DNA of 64,000 nt from an uncultured bacterium (GTDB lineage: Bacteria > Fidelibacterota > Marinisomatia > Marinisomatales > JACNKV01): contig CAZYDH010000002.1 of NCBI GenBank assembly GCA_964645915.1, forward strand, positions 19,465 through 83,464, written 5' to 3'. The notes beneath the pieces are model-generated. The model was not told the origin of the DNA and searched no databases. It saw only the letters and a list, made by a program, of their open reading frames with translations. Both the position numbers and the translations under genes were made by a program. Below, in pieces: positions 30,215 through 40,656 of the stretch. Numbering within the stretch: the stretch's first letter is position 1; every line of letters starts with the position of its first letter.

Positions 30215-30713
30215 AAATACACTAATCGCTTTATGTGGAATTGCACTTTTAGTTATCCTGGGGTATTTTGCATTAAATACCGAGGAAGAAGTAAAAGTAG
30301 AAACAAATGTACCAAACTTTACATCTCCGATGGGTGCCCATGGGAATGGTGAACTTGTTACGGTAATTGAAGAGGAAGTGATTCCGTTTAACACATTGTT
30401 TAATGTTGATGACCAATGGACGATCAAAGTCATTCAATTTGAACCGGATGCTCGGTTGTCAGAACCAATGGGAAGCGGAAAAATTGAATCTGGATCAGAT
30501 GTGGAAAATAACCCCGCAATTAAGGTTGAATTCTATAAAGACGGAAATTATGAGCATTATCAAATCTGTTTCAAAAATATGAAAGGAATTCATTCTAAGA
30601 AGTCAAATCAAAAGTATTTCGTAGATTTGCTGGATTATAAAAATATGGAAAAAACTGGCGATGGAAATTTTGTAGTTGAGTCAACAACTGTTAAAATTAA
30701 TGAGGCAAAATAA
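30207..30713 (+). CDS. Hypothetical membrane-anchored periplasmic protein embedded in the ccs operon
   Basis: 168 aa with one N-terminal TM or signal anchor (LIALCGIALLVILGYFAL), then a soluble domain with no motif I recognise. It overlaps the resB stop by 8 nt and shares 1 nt with the ccsA start (TAATG), so it is almost certainly expressed with them. Confidence 0.7.
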   Translation: MNKNTLIALCGIALLVILGYFALNTEEEVKVETNVPNFTSPMGAHGNGELVTVIEEEVIPFNTLFNVDDQWTIKVIQFEPDARLSEPMGSGKIESGSDVENNPAIKVEFYKDGNYEHYQICFKNMKGIHSKKSNQKYFVDLLDYKNMEKTGDGNFVVESTTVKINEAK

Positions 30714-32023
30714 TGGAAAGTTTATATCAAAATTTATTCTGGTATACATTTATTTTATACCTAGCAGGATTTGCCGGTTATGTGTTCTATTTCTCATTGA
30801 AAAAAGAAGTATTACATAAAGTAGGTTTTTGGTTATTTAATATAGGACTCGTTTTACAAACATCAGGATTTATCGTAAAATGGATGATTGTTGGATCCAT
30901 CCGATTTCAAAATATGTTTGAACATTTAATGTTAATGTCCTGGGCGGGTGTAGCTATAATGATCTATGCAATTTGGAAATATAAGAACCCCGTTGTAGGT
31001 ATTATTATTTCACCGATCATTGTCATGTTAAATGCAGCCGCAGCATTATTAGATAATTCACCAGCTGAACACCTCATGCCCGCGTTACAAAGTAATTGGT
31101 TAACCATCCATATTTCTTTAGCGGCACTTGGTTCCGGTGCATTTATTGTTGCCGGTGCTGTTAGCTTGTTATTCTTGATGAAAAATCATGAATACACACC
31201 AAAATGGAATGATGAGAAGAAACGATTTTTCTCTCAGGGATTGATCTATATGATCTATATTCCTATCATATTATTTTTCGTTTTGCGAATTGTTGGTTTA
31301 ACTCCGGAGCATACGGCTTTTTCAGTAGGACTTGGATATAAATTCGACACTCAGGCGAGCTTTGAAGCAGCCAGAACCTTATTAGGTCAGTTTGTTATCA
31401 TCATTGGAATGGTATTTATTCCTCTGATGGGTTTATTTACCTATATGGAAACTAAAAATAAATCTTCAGCAAAACAGAAGGGATTCGGTGGAAGTATTTT
31501 TGCCATTTATACATTATCTTTTGGTTTAGGGAGTTTGATTATTGGAATCTTAAACTCAGCAGGATATTTACTTATCACTCCCAGCAGACATTTAGGTGGT
31601 GTTTGGAGATTCTTTGAATTTATGGGAGCTGCATATGTGGTTTCAATCTTCTGCTTTGTCATTTTGTATTACATTCTTTATGTTTTAGCAGGAGAGAAGA
31701 TCAACCAATTAAGCAGCAATTTAGATTTATTGGATGAAATCAATTATCGAGCGGTTTCACTTGGTTATCCGTTATATACTGTAGGGGCATTGTTTGCCGG
31801 TGCGATTTGGGCTGAACAAGCCTGGGGCACTTTTTGGAGTTGGGATCCAAAAGAAGTTGGAGCATTGCTTGTATGGCTATTCTATTCGGCGGTTCTTCAT
31901 GCTCGATATAACAGAGAATGGAAAGATGAAAAACTTGCTGTCTTGTCCATTATCGGAACGATTACAATATTTATAACATTTTATGGGAATTTCTTTTTTG
32001 GCGGATTACATGCATATGCATGA
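30713..32023 (+). CDS. ccsA: Cytochrome c biogenesis protein CcsA/ResC (heme exporter/lyase, System II)
   Basis: Polytopic membrane protein with the tryptophan-rich WWD-type heme-handling motif WAEQAWGTFWSWDPKEVGAL. Confidence 0.9.
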   Translation: MESLYQNLFWYTFILYLAGFAGYVFYFSLKKEVLHKVGFWLFNIGLVLQTSGFIVKWMIVGSIRFQNMFEHLMLMSWAGVAIMIYAIWKYKNPVVGIIISPIIVMLNAAAALLDNSPAEHLMPALQSNWLTIHISLAALGSGAFIVAGAVSLLFLMKNHEYTPKWNDEKKRFFSQGLIYMIYIPIILFFVLRIVGLTPEHTAFSVGLGYKFDTQASFEAARTLLGQFVIIIGMVFIPLMGLFTYMETKNKSSAKQKGFGGSIFAIYTLSFGLGSLIIGILNSAGYLLITPSRHLGGVWRFFEFMGAAYVVSIFCFVILYYILYVLAGEKINQLSSNLDLLDEINYRAVSLGYPLYTVGALFAGAIWAEQAWGTFWSWDPKEVGALLVWLFYSAVLHARYNREWKDEKLAVLSIIGTITIFITFYGNFFFGGLHAYA

Positions 32024-32071
32024 TAATCTAAAATAAACGCGTTGCAAATAAACTAAAAATAGGAGTTAAAA

Positions 32072-33136
32072 ATGGAGCGTAAAATTGTTCATGTTGTAGG
32101 TACAGGAACTATTGGAGAACCATTAATCGGGTTGCTATGTGATTATCGTAATCAATTAGGGATTGATGATATCACATTTCATAAAAACTCTGCATTAACC
32201 AGTGATGCATCGAAGGTTGCAAGTCTTATTAAAAGAGGAGCAAGATTATCGGTTGATGAAAAGAAAATGGATGACTTTAAATCCCTTGATTTGGATCCAT
32301 CATTCAATACAGAAGAAGCGATTAAAAGATCTTCAGTCGTGATTGATTGTACACCGCGTGGGATCGGACATAAAAATAAAGAACAATATTATCGGAATTT
32401 TAGTGAAGATGTTAAAGGCTTTATCGCACAAGGGAGTGAAAACGGTTTTGGGAAAAAATATGCACGTGGAATAAACGATTCTGCTTTGACTTCAGAAGAT
32501 CAATTTATTCAGGTTGTATCTTGTAATACGCATAATTTATCCTGTGTTACAAAAACATTAGCATTAGATGTCTGTCCGGACAATTTAGTGGATGGCAAGT
32601 TTGTATGTGTCAGACGTGCGAATGATATTAGCCAACCGGGGAGTTTTATTCCGGCTCCACAAGTGGGTAAACATGGTCATCCCATTTATGGAACTCACCA
32701 TGCTGAAGATGCAGCGGACTTATTTCACACATTGAATTATGATCTGAATCTTTTCTCATCTGCAATGAAAGTTAACAGTCAGTATATGCACGTTTTGTGG
32801 TTTACATTAAATGTGAAAGAACCCGTTACGTTAAACGAAGTAAAAGAAAGACTTTATACCAATCCTTATGTGGCAATGACTCAAAAAGACATGACCAGCA
32901 CGGTCTTTTCGTTTGGTCGTGATCAAGGTCATTTTGGACGAATTCTCAATCAAACAGTAATGGTTGAGCAGTCATTGAATGTACGAAATGATCATGAGAT
33001 TACAGGGTTTTGTTTCACACCACAGGATGGAAATTCCTTGTTAAGTAGTGTGTCTGCAGCAGAATGGTTTCTTTATCCTCATTCTTATCAAGATAAAATT
33101 CAGTGTCTTGCAGAATACTTCTTTGATCGTATCTAA
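32072..33136 (+). CDS. gap: Type II (archaeal-type) glyceraldehyde-3-phosphate dehydrogenase
   Basis: 354 aa. Blocks VIDCTPRGIGHKN, VVSCNTHNL (catalytic Cys), VRRANDISQP and THHAEDA match, by eye, the archaeal class II GAPDH blocks VIDCTPEGIGAKN, VVSCNTTGL, VRRGADP and SHHGPDV as I recall them. It does not resemble the bacterial class I GapA motif SCTTNC. Confidence 0.75.
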   Translation: MERKIVHVVGTGTIGEPLIGLLCDYRNQLGIDDITFHKNSALTSDASKVASLIKRGARLSVDEKKMDDFKSLDLDPSFNTEEAIKRSSVVIDCTPRGIGHKNKEQYYRNFSEDVKGFIAQGSENGFGKKYARGINDSALTSEDQFIQVVSCNTHNLSCVTKTLALDVCPDNLVDGKFVCVRRANDISQPGSFIPAPQVGKHGHPIYGTHHAEDAADLFHTLNYDLNLFSSAMKVNSQYMHVLWFTLNVKEPVTLNEVKERLYTNPYVAMTQKDMTSTVFSFGRDQGHFGRILNQTVMVEQSLNVRNDHEITGFCFTPQDGNSLLSSVSAAEWFLYPHSYQDKIQCLAEYFFDRI

Positions 33137-33154
33137 CTCTGTACTGAAAAAACA

Positions 33155-33793
33155 ATGTCAATGCATATCGAAAAGTTAGTCGTTGGATCATTTCAGGAGA
33201 ACGCGTATATCGTGTATAACAAGGATAACCGTGAAGCTGTGATTATCGACCCCGGTGATGAAAGTCAGAAGATCAAAGAACACATTGATCGACTTGGTTT
33301 AACGCTTCTAGCGATTCTGAATACTCATGCCCACGTTGACCATGTTGGGGCTGTATCGGATTTACAGGAATGGTTTGATGCTCCTTTCTATTTGCATGAA
33401 CAGGAAAAAGACGTGTTGAATCGATTGAATGACCATTGTGCTATGTTTGGTTTGCCCGTGAAAAAAGAACCCAACGTTGCTGTATGGTTGACAACCGATG
33501 AAACCATCACCATTGGCTCTTTTTCAATTAAAATAATACATACCCCGGGGCATACCCCCGGGGGAGTATGCTACATAATTGACGGACATTGTTTTGTGGG
33601 TGACACCATTTTTAAAGGATCTGTAGGTCGCACGGATCTTCCGGGTGGCTCTTGGGACATCCTTGAAGGTTCGTTGAGAAAGATTATTCAAGAAGTCCCA
33701 AAAGAAATGATTATTCATTCAGGACATGGATTTGATACAACTCTCGCTGAAGAATACATTGATAATCCATTTCTTCATGCGATTGTATTTTGA
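33155..33793 (+). CDS. MBL-fold metallo-hydrolase (GloB/YcbL-like)
   Basis: HAHVDHVG zinc motif, a later HTPGHTPG, and a GD..F..S.GRTD block typical of the small glyoxalase II-like family. Confidence 0.85.
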   Translation: MSMHIEKLVVGSFQENAYIVYNKDNREAVIIDPGDESQKIKEHIDRLGLTLLAILNTHAHVDHVGAVSDLQEWFDAPFYLHEQEKDVLNRLNDHCAMFGLPVKKEPNVAVWLTTDETITIGSFSIKIIHTPGHTPGGVCYIIDGHCFVGDTIFKGSVGRTDLPGGSWDILEGSLRKIIQEVPKEMIIHSGHGFDTTLAEEYIDNPFLHAIVF

Positions 33794-33810
33794 AGGACCT
33801 TTCGAAACAA

Positions 33811-35172
33811 ATGAGTTTGAATAAAGGATCTTTTTTAAAACATATAGAAGAGACAAATCTATTCCAAAAAAACGATTATTTGCTGATCGCAGTTTCAGGA
33901 GGTCTTGACTCAACCACCTTGTTGTATTTAGTTCGATCGGTTGCACAGGAATTAAATATCAATGTATCCGTTGGACATATTAATCATCAACTCAGAGATG
34001 AATCTAATCAAGAACAATTATTTGTGGAAAATATTTGTAAAGGTTGGAATGTCCCTTTCTATTCAAAGGAGTTAGACCCTTCAACCATCTCCAAAGGAAG
34101 TAGTATTGAAAATTGGGCAAGAACTGAACGATATAAGGCGTTAGAGACGATCAGAGACCAAATAGATGCAGATTGGATTTTAACAGCTCATCATGGCAAT
34201 GATCAAATCGAAACATTACTGATGCATATTTCAGACGGATGTGGTTTGAGTGGATTAATTGGAATAAGATCCAAAAAAGAACGGATTATTCGCCCCCTAC
34301 TTCCATTCTCGAAAAATGAGATTGTCAGTTATGCAGATCAATCAAAGATTCCTTTCTGTGAAGATGAATCCAACAAAGATTTATCAAATCCACGGAATTT
34401 TATCCGACATAAAGTTGTAAAAGACTGGGAAGAAAACTCACCTTCGATCGTTGAAGGATTTCATCGAATGTCACAGAATGTCGATAAATTGATAGAAGGC
34501 TATCATTCTCTCATCCCTTGGGTAGCAGAATCAGCATTGATAGAAAAAACAGAGGATAGAATAAAGTTATCCGGATTAAAATTGTCAGAATTTCCGCTTA
34601 TCATACAGGCAATGATTTTCAAAGATATTGTCGGCAAAGGGAAAGCTTCATGGCGTCGGTATCGTTGGGACGATATCAAGAGTTTTTTAGAGACTGCGAC
34701 AACCGGACAAACATTTCAATTTGATAATGATTGGACGTGTTTAAAAGACAGAGATCATTGGATACTGGAAAGAAGATTTATCAGTAATATAGTTGAGATT
34801 CGTGTTGAAGAAGATAAAGATACGGATATTGGTGAATATAGTTTTCGATGGAAAAAGATAAAACGTCCAACAGAACTTAATACAGATTCGATGAATGAGA
34901 TTATTGACGGAACTTTTATTCGAAATAAAAAGTTAATCATTCGACCATGGAAATCCGGAGATGTGTTTATTCCTCTTGGAATGAAAGGAAAAAAGAAGAT
35001 CCATGATTTTCTGGTGGATGAAAAAGTTGATCTATTCTCTAAAAGCAGACAACTTGTTTTAACCGCCGATGATGAAATCATTTGGGTTTGTGGAAGACGA
35101 ATAAGTGATTTAGTAAAAGTAACTGAAAAAACGAAAGAATGGGTTAAGCTTCACTTAGTGAAGAAGAATTAG
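33811..35172 (+). CDS. tilS: tRNA(Ile)-lysidine synthetase
   Basis: PP-loop motif AVSGGLDS, the TAHHGNDQIET block and the TilS C-terminal domain (IRPW..GD.F.PLGM.G.KK). I chose the ATG at 33811; the ORF-track start at 33790 is TTG. Confidence 0.9.
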   Translation: MSLNKGSFLKHIEETNLFQKNDYLLIAVSGGLDSTTLLYLVRSVAQELNINVSVGHINHQLRDESNQEQLFVENICKGWNVPFYSKELDPSTISKGSSIENWARTERYKALETIRDQIDADWILTAHHGNDQIETLLMHISDGCGLSGLIGIRSKKERIIRPLLPFSKNEIVSYADQSKIPFCEDESNKDLSNPRNFIRHKVVKDWEENSPSIVEGFHRMSQNVDKLIEGYHSLIPWVAESALIEKTEDRIKLSGLKLSEFPLIIQAMIFKDIVGKGKASWRRYRWDDIKSFLETATTGQTFQFDNDWTCLKDRDHWILERRFISNIVEIRVEEDKDTDIGEYSFRWKKIKRPTELNTDSMNEIIDGTFIRNKKLIIRPWKSGDVFIPLGMKGKKKIHDFLVDEKVDLFSKSRQLVLTADDEIIWVCGRRISDLVKVTEKTKEWVKLHLVKKN

Positions 35173-35255
35173 TATCACGAAAATTAAAATGTGTAGATTT
35201 TAACCGGTAGTAGAGTAACAATATTTTATCTATTGGTAATGATAGAAAGAAAAAA

Positions 35256-37316
35256 ATGAATAGAAAGCCAAAAAAACAAGAGCCAAAACCTAAATTCAGA
35301 CCTCAGAAGCAGCAAGGAAAATGTAAGAAACAAACACCCAAGAAACCTACCTCGCCTAAGATGGGTTTCGAATGGAAACGTGCCGGAAAAACCTCGATAA
35401 TATGGGTAGCGATCATTATGGGGGCAATTTTCTTATCAGGTCTGTTTACTGATGGACTCAAGCGTGAAGTTGAAATTAATTATTTTCAATATCAAGACTA
35501 CCTTATTAATAAACAAATATCCTCAGGTAAAGTCATTGAAACGGTTTTCCATGGTGAATTTAAAGTTCCTCAAACAGTAACAACTGAAGTTGGTGACTTA
35601 GAAGATATTTCAAATTTCTTTGTCAAATTACCATTTGTTGATCGAGAGGTCATGCAAGAATGGGATGAGTTTGGTGTCAAATACACATTCGAAGAAGAAA
35701 GTATTAATTGGTCGGGTTATTTGTTAAATATGCTTCCGTGGATTTTACTCATTGGTTTCTGGCTATTTATCATGAGAAGAATGCAAGGTGGCGGCGGTGC
35801 AGGAATGAAATCCGTATTCAATTTTGGTAAAAGTCGGGCACGTCTTTGGGATTCCAATATCAAAAAAGTGACGTTCAGAGATGTCGCCGGATGTGTAGAA
35901 GCAAAAGATGAATTGAAAGAGGTAATTGCATTTTTAAAACATCCTAAACGCTTTCAAAGATTAGGTGCAGAGATCCCGAAAGGTGTATTATTGGTCGGAC
36001 CTCCCGGAACCGGAAAAACACTATTAGCTCGTGCTGTAGCAGGAGAAGCAAACGTCCCATTTTACAGTTTAAGTGGTGCAGATTTTGTTGAGATGTTTGT
36101 CGGGGTCGGAGCTTCTAGGGTTCGAGACTTATTTGAACAAGGTAAAAAGACAGCACCGTGTATTATCTTTATTGACGAGTTAGATGCAGTGGGTCGTCAA
36201 AGAGGTGCCGGACTCGGTGGAGGTCATGATGAGCGGGAGCAAACTTTAAATGCTTTATTAGTAGAGCTGGACGGATTTGAATCCAATCAAAACGTCATTG
36301 TAATGGCAGCAACAAACCGACCGGATGTCCTTGATAAAGCCTTATTACGCCCGGGACGGTTTGACCGTCAAGTTGTGGTTGACATCCCTGATATGCAGGG
36401 TAGACTAGGTGTATTAAAAGTCCATGCGAAAAAGATCTTAATGAATAAGCGGAAAGTTAAATTAGAAGATATTGCTAAGGGCACACCCGGAATGGTCGGA
36501 GCTGATCTGGCAAATATTGTTAATGAGGCTGCTTTATTAGCTGCAAGAAAGAAAAAGAATGCGGTGGAGATGATCGACTTCGAAGAGGCGATTGATAAGG
36601 TGATGATGGGTGTACAGCGAAAAAGTTTGATATTATCCGAAAGTGAGAAAAAAGTAACCGCTTATCATGAAGCCGGTCATGCATTGGTAGCCTCAAAAAC
36701 TCCAGGAGCAGATCCTGTTCATAAGGTGTCTATTATTCCTCGCGGGCGTGCATTAGGAATCACGATGCAGTTACCGATTGACGAAAAGCATGGATATTCA
36801 CGGAAATATATTGAGGGACGTTTAGCGATTATGATGGGAGGTCGTGCCGCAGAAAAACTGATCTTCGATGAATTAACCACCGGTGCTGGGAACGATCTTG
36901 AACAAGCTACAAAAATTGCACGAAAAATGGTTTGTGAATGGGGAATGAGTGATCTGCTCGGACCGTTGACATTTGGAAAGAATTCAGAAGAAGTATTTCT
37001 TGGGCGAGATATTCAATCTCAACGAGATTATAGTGAAGTTACGGCTCGCATTATTGATGAAGAAGTCGCACGAATCTTAAGAACTGCTCAAAAGAATGCA
37101 GAAGAATCCTTGAAAAAACATCAAACTCTTTTACACAGAGTAGCAGATGAATTACTTAAATTTGAAACGATTGATGGTAAAGATCTTCAGAAGATTATTG
37201 AAGGAAAATCACTTAGACGACCCAACAATCCTCGAAAGAGACGACCACCGCAAAGACGTCCGAGAAAACAAGCCCCACCAAAAGCTGAGAATAAAACGTT
37301 CAAAAAGAATAAATGA
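35256..37316 (+). CDS. ftsH: ATP-dependent zinc metalloprotease FtsH
   Basis: Walker A GPPGTGKT, the second region of homology, and the zinc motif HEAGHA. It has Lys/Pro/Arg-rich N- and C-terminal tails. Confidence 0.96.
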   Translation: MNRKPKKQEPKPKFRPQKQQGKCKKQTPKKPTSPKMGFEWKRAGKTSIIWVAIIMGAIFLSGLFTDGLKREVEINYFQYQDYLINKQISSGKVIETVFHGEFKVPQTVTTEVGDLEDISNFFVKLPFVDREVMQEWDEFGVKYTFEEESINWSGYLLNMLPWILLIGFWLFIMRRMQGGGGAGMKSVFNFGKSRARLWDSNIKKVTFRDVAGCVEAKDELKEVIAFLKHPKRFQRLGAEIPKGVLLVGPPGTGKTLLARAVAGEANVPFYSLSGADFVEMFVGVGASRVRDLFEQGKKTAPCIIFIDELDAVGRQRGAGLGGGHDEREQTLNALLVELDGFESNQNVIVMAATNRPDVLDKALLRPGRFDRQVVVDIPDMQGRLGVLKVHAKKILMNKRKVKLEDIAKGTPGMVGADLANIVNEAALLAARKKKNAVEMIDFEEAIDKVMMGVQRKSLILSESEKKVTAYHEAGHALVASKTPGADPVHKVSIIPRGRALGITMQLPIDEKHGYSRKYIEGRLAIMMGGRAAEKLIFDELTTGAGNDLEQATKIARKMVCEWGMSDLLGPLTFGKNSEEVFLGRDIQSQRDYSEVTARIIDEEVARILRTAQKNAEESLKKHQTLLHRVADELLKFETIDGKDLQKIIEGKSLRRPNNPRKRRPPQRRPRKQAPPKAENKTFKKNK

Positions 37317-38155
37317 CACACGACCAATATATTGAGTGGAGATCCAGCGAGGATTCCTCTACTCTTATTATGGGAATATTGAATGTTACTCCGGATTCAT
37401 TCAGTGATGGCGGAGAGTTTATTTCAATAGAATCCGCCATAAAACATGCCTTAGAGATGGAGAAAGAAGGGGCTCACATCATTGATATTGGTGGAGAATC
37501 CAGTCGCCCGGGTGCAGATCCGGTTTCCGTTGAAGAGGAAATTGAGAGAGTCGTTCCGGTTATCAAAAAGATCAGAGCACAATCTGACATCATGATCTCG
37601 ATTGATACAACCAAAGCCCTTGTTGCGATAGAAGCGATAAAAGCCGGAGCATCAATGGTTAATGATATCAGTGGTATGACCTTCGATGAAAAGATGATTG
37701 ATGTCGTAAAAGAATTCAATGTTCCGATCGTTATTATGCACATGAAAGGTTCTCCGAAGACAATGCAAACTGATCCGGTTTATCATAATTTGATACAGGA
37801 GATTCAACATTACTTTGAAGAAAGAATTTCATATGCAAAATCTCATCAAATTAAAAAAGATCAAATCATTTTAGACCCGGGGATCGGGTTTGGGAAAACA
37901 GTCGAGGACAATTTTATTTTAATAAGAGACATGCGCCATTTTACAGAATTAGGATGTCCCGTACTGGTAGGTCCTTCACGGAAATCATTTATTGGAAGGA
38001 CACTCGATTTACCTGAAAACGATCGGTTAGAAGGGACAGCAGCAGCGGTAACTGCATCTGTAATGAATGGAGCAAAAATCATTCGAGTTCATGACGTCAA
38101 AGAGATGAGTCGTGTTATAAAAATATCTGAAAAGGTCACACCAAATATTGTGTGA
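37313..38155 (+). CDS. folP: Dihydropteroate synthase
   Basis: GILNVTPDSFSDGG, DIGGESSRPG and DPGIGFGK motifs. ATGA overlap with ftsH. Confidence 0.94.
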   Translation: MTHDQYIEWRSSEDSSTLIMGILNVTPDSFSDGGEFISIESAIKHALEMEKEGAHIIDIGGESSRPGADPVSVEEEIERVVPVIKKIRAQSDIMISIDTTKALVAIEAIKAGASMVNDISGMTFDEKMIDVVKEFNVPIVIMHMKGSPKTMQTDPVYHNLIQEIQHYFEERISYAKSHQIKKDQIILDPGIGFGKTVEDNFILIRDMRHFTELGCPVLVGPSRKSFIGRTLDLPENDRLEGTAAAVTASVMNGAKIIRVHDVKEMSRVIKISEKVTPNIV

Positions 38156-38202
38156 ATCATTTGATGAGGATATAATAGGATTTATGTAACTTCTGAACAG
38201 TT

Positions 38203-38979
38203 ATGATTCTCTTCAAAATAGGATTTCTAACCGTAACACTCGTTGATGTAGTTGACCTTTTATTGGTCAGCTGGATTTTCTACACGGTATACCAATATTT
38301 TCGTGGTACTCGTGCTGGACAAATGCTTGTGGGTCTGATCATTCTGTTAATCGCTTCATTTTTATTTAACGCATTTGGATTGCGTGCAACATCATGGTTG
38401 GTCAATCAATTTCAAACGGTCTGGGTAGTTGCTTTTGTTATCTTATTTCAACCTGAGATCCGTAGACTTCTTATCTATGTAGGGCAGCATCGATTCTTTC
38501 AAACCATATTTCGCGTAGGTACGTCCAAAACTATTGAAGCGATCGTAGAGACGGTCAATCTATTGATCGAAAAGAGATGGGGTGGACTCATTGTTATTCA
38601 GAGAGAGACGGGTTTACGAACCTATAAAGAAGCAGGGATGCCACTTAAAGCTGAAGTAACTGCACCACTTCTAATTTCGATCTTTAATCCGACTTCTCCA
38701 TTACATGATGGTGCGGTGATCATTCAAAATGATATTATCGAAGCTGCTGCTTGTATTCTTCCTTTGACAGAGAGAACCACCATTGATGCAAACATGGGAA
38801 CTCGTCATCGGGCAGCGTTAGGCTTGTCCGAAGAAACCGATGCAATTATCATCGTTATTTCTGAAGAAACTCAAAAAGTGTCCATTGCGGAAGAAAATCG
38901 ATTCGTACATATCGGCTTGGATGAAATGGATCTGAGAAGATATCTCAATGAACAATTATTTATATCCTCCGGAGAATGA
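38203..38979 (+). CDS. dacA: Diadenylate cyclase (c-di-AMP synthase, CdaA/DacA type)
   Basis: Three N-terminal TM helices followed by a DAC domain with DGAVII and GTRHRAALGLSEETDA motifs. Confidence 0.92.
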   Translation: MILFKIGFLTVTLVDVVDLLLVSWIFYTVYQYFRGTRAGQMLVGLIILLIASFLFNAFGLRATSWLVNQFQTVWVVAFVILFQPEIRRLLIYVGQHRFFQTIFRVGTSKTIEAIVETVNLLIEKRWGGLIVIQRETGLRTYKEAGMPLKAEVTAPLLISIFNPTSPLHDGAVIIQNDIIEAAACILPLTERTTIDANMGTRHRAALGLSEETDAIIIVISEETQKVSIAEENRFVHIGLDEMDLRRYLNEQLFISSGE

Positions 38980-39398
38980 ACTCACCAAACAAACAACAAC
39001 ACTTAGATCGTTTAAAAGATTTCTATAAAGACTCCATGTTGACCGCAATTGGTATTGAGGTTACCGATTTTGGAGATGATTTTGTATGTGGCAAAATGCC
39101 GGTGGATCATCGCACTGTACAACCCTATGGACGTCTTCATGGTGGAGCATCCGCTACATTAGCAGAATCTTTGGGTAGTATTGCCGCCGGACTGCAAATC
39201 GACCGTAATGTGCAATCCGTTGTTGGTGTGGAATTAAATATCAATCACCTAAAAAGTGTAACCGACGGTTGGGTGTATGGCAAAGCAACGCCAATAAAGG
39301 TCGGAAAACGATTGCACGTTTGGGATATTCGAATCACCGATAGCAATGATAAATTGGTCAGTGTAAGCCGACTTACCTTAGCTGTAATTAATAAATAA
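38976..39398 (+). CDS. menI: Hotdog-fold thioesterase (PaaI/YdiI family), probable 1,4-dihydroxy-2-naphthoyl-CoA hydrolase
   Basis: 140 aa. The LHGGASATLAES motif is typical of the YbdB/YdiI/PaaI clade. It lies immediately upstream of menF in a men cluster. The functional assignment rests on context. Confidence 0.6.
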   Translation: MNSPNKQQHLDRLKDFYKDSMLTAIGIEVTDFGDDFVCGKMPVDHRTVQPYGRLHGGASATLAESLGSIAAGLQIDRNVQSVVGVELNINHLKSVTDGWVYGKATPIKVGKRLHVWDIRITDSNDKLVSVSRLTLAVINK

Positions 39399-39427
39399 TC
39401 GCCTTTCTGCGATAACTCTCCCGGAAC

Positions 39428-40591
39428 ATGGCTAAACACGCATTAGAAAATAATCTGGATCTCAACTCATTTTGGTCTAGTGTGATATCAAAAAATGGAT
39501 CGATCGCGTTTTGGTGTTGCCCAAGAGAAAAAACTATACATTGTTTAGCTGATCTATCCGGATCAGTGAGCAGAGGTCGAGTTGACCTAAAGACCATCGA
39601 TCAAGGATTCATCGTCAGTCCGTTTTTAAATCCTGAAGGAAATGAAACCCTCTTCTTAAAAAGAGATGTGTATGCAGAGTATAAAGATGGTCAGTGGAGA
39701 AACCAATTTGGTATCGAAAATATCATTAACCATGATATTCAAAATCCAAAATCTTATAATTACCATTTAAATGAACGACCCGATACTGAAATATCAGGAG
39801 AGAAAGCACATTTTATTCAGATGGTGGAAGATGCTCTTGTATCTATTAACGAGGGTGAGTTTGATAAAGTTGTTTCTGCCAGAACATACGATGAACCTTT
39901 ACCGGATCATTTTGATATAATTCAATATTTTCTCAATTTGGTAGAAACGTATCAAGATGCTTTTGTGAGTCTTGTCTCAATCCCGGGTCGTGGAACATGG
40001 ATAGGTGCAACCCCGGAACTTCTAATCGAATATTCTGAAGATCATTTTCGAACGGTATCCGTTGCAGGTACACAACCCTTTTCAATCGATAAAGAATTAT
40101 CCGATGCGGGTTGGAATCAAAAAGAGATTGAAGAACAAGCAATGGTAAGTCGATATATTATTGATCAGTTTAAAACCATCCGTTTGAGAGAGTTTGAAGA
40201 AATGGGTCCGCGAACCGTGAGAGCGGGGAATATGATCCATTTAAAAACTGAATATTCGGTCAATCTCAAAGAAGTTCAATTCCCGGAATTGGGAACGGTT
40301 ATGTTAAATCTACTGCATCCGACATCTGCCGTGTGCGGAATGCCAAAGTTTTCAGCCCTTCGTTTCATTGCCGCTCATGAACATTTAAACAGAGAGTTTT
40401 ATAGTGGTTATTTAGGTCCTGTGAATACGAATGGTGTATCGAGACTTTATGTAAATTTAAGGTGTATGCAAATATTAAGAACTCGAGCTGTTTTATACGC
40501 AGGTGCAGGGATCACTCACGATTCTATCCCGGAAAGAGAATGGGAAGAAACCGCACTTAAATGTCAAACTTTGTTAGATGTGATGAGTTGA
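39428..40591 (+). CDS. menF: Isochorismate synthase
   Basis: Chorismate-binding enzyme core (GATPELL, LHPT.AV.G.P, Y.G..G, AGAGI). Assigned as menF from its context in the men cluster. Confidence 0.85.
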   Translation: MAKHALENNLDLNSFWSSVISKNGSIAFWCCPREKTIHCLADLSGSVSRGRVDLKTIDQGFIVSPFLNPEGNETLFLKRDVYAEYKDGQWRNQFGIENIINHDIQNPKSYNYHLNERPDTEISGEKAHFIQMVEDALVSINEGEFDKVVSARTYDEPLPDHFDIIQYFLNLVETYQDAFVSLVSIPGRGTWIGATPELLIEYSEDHFRTVSVAGTQPFSIDKELSDAGWNQKEIEEQAMVSRYIIDQFKTIRLREFEEMGPRTVRAGNMIHLKTEYSVNLKEVQFPELGTVMLNLLHPTSAVCGMPKFSALRFIAAHEHLNREFYSGYLGPVNTNGVSRLYVNLRCMQILRTRAVLYAGAGITHDSIPEREWEETALKCQTLLDVMS

Positions 40592-40603
40592 AAATAGTTT
40601 GAC

Positions 40604-40656
40604 GCACAATGATTAGTATAAACGGTCGTTTTAATGCCATTTATACATTGTTGTGC
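40604..40656. terminator. Imperfect hairpin between convergent menF and rsgA (possible bidirectional terminator)
   Basis: GCACAA..TATAAA at 40604-40622 can pair with TTTATA..TTGTGC at 40640-40656, giving two 6-bp helices around an internal mismatch. It is AT-rich and weak, with no clear U-tract. Confidence 0.25.

Noticed and set aside
29066-30713. Idea that the 168-aa ORF is merely the detached C-terminal part of a split or frameshifted ResB
   Set aside because: The 382-aa ResB ORF already contains the N-terminal TM block, the conserved periplasmic VNSPL...YQSDY segment and the C-terminal TM helix. The 168-aa ORF has its own N-terminal anchor and overlapping start/stop signals. It looks like an independent gene rather than a frameshift product.
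35256-37316. Lys/Pro/Arg-rich N- and C-terminal tails of FtsH as a possible novel domain
   Set aside because: Low-complexity basic extensions on FtsH are common in several lineages, including FCB-group bacteria, and they carry no discernible motif.
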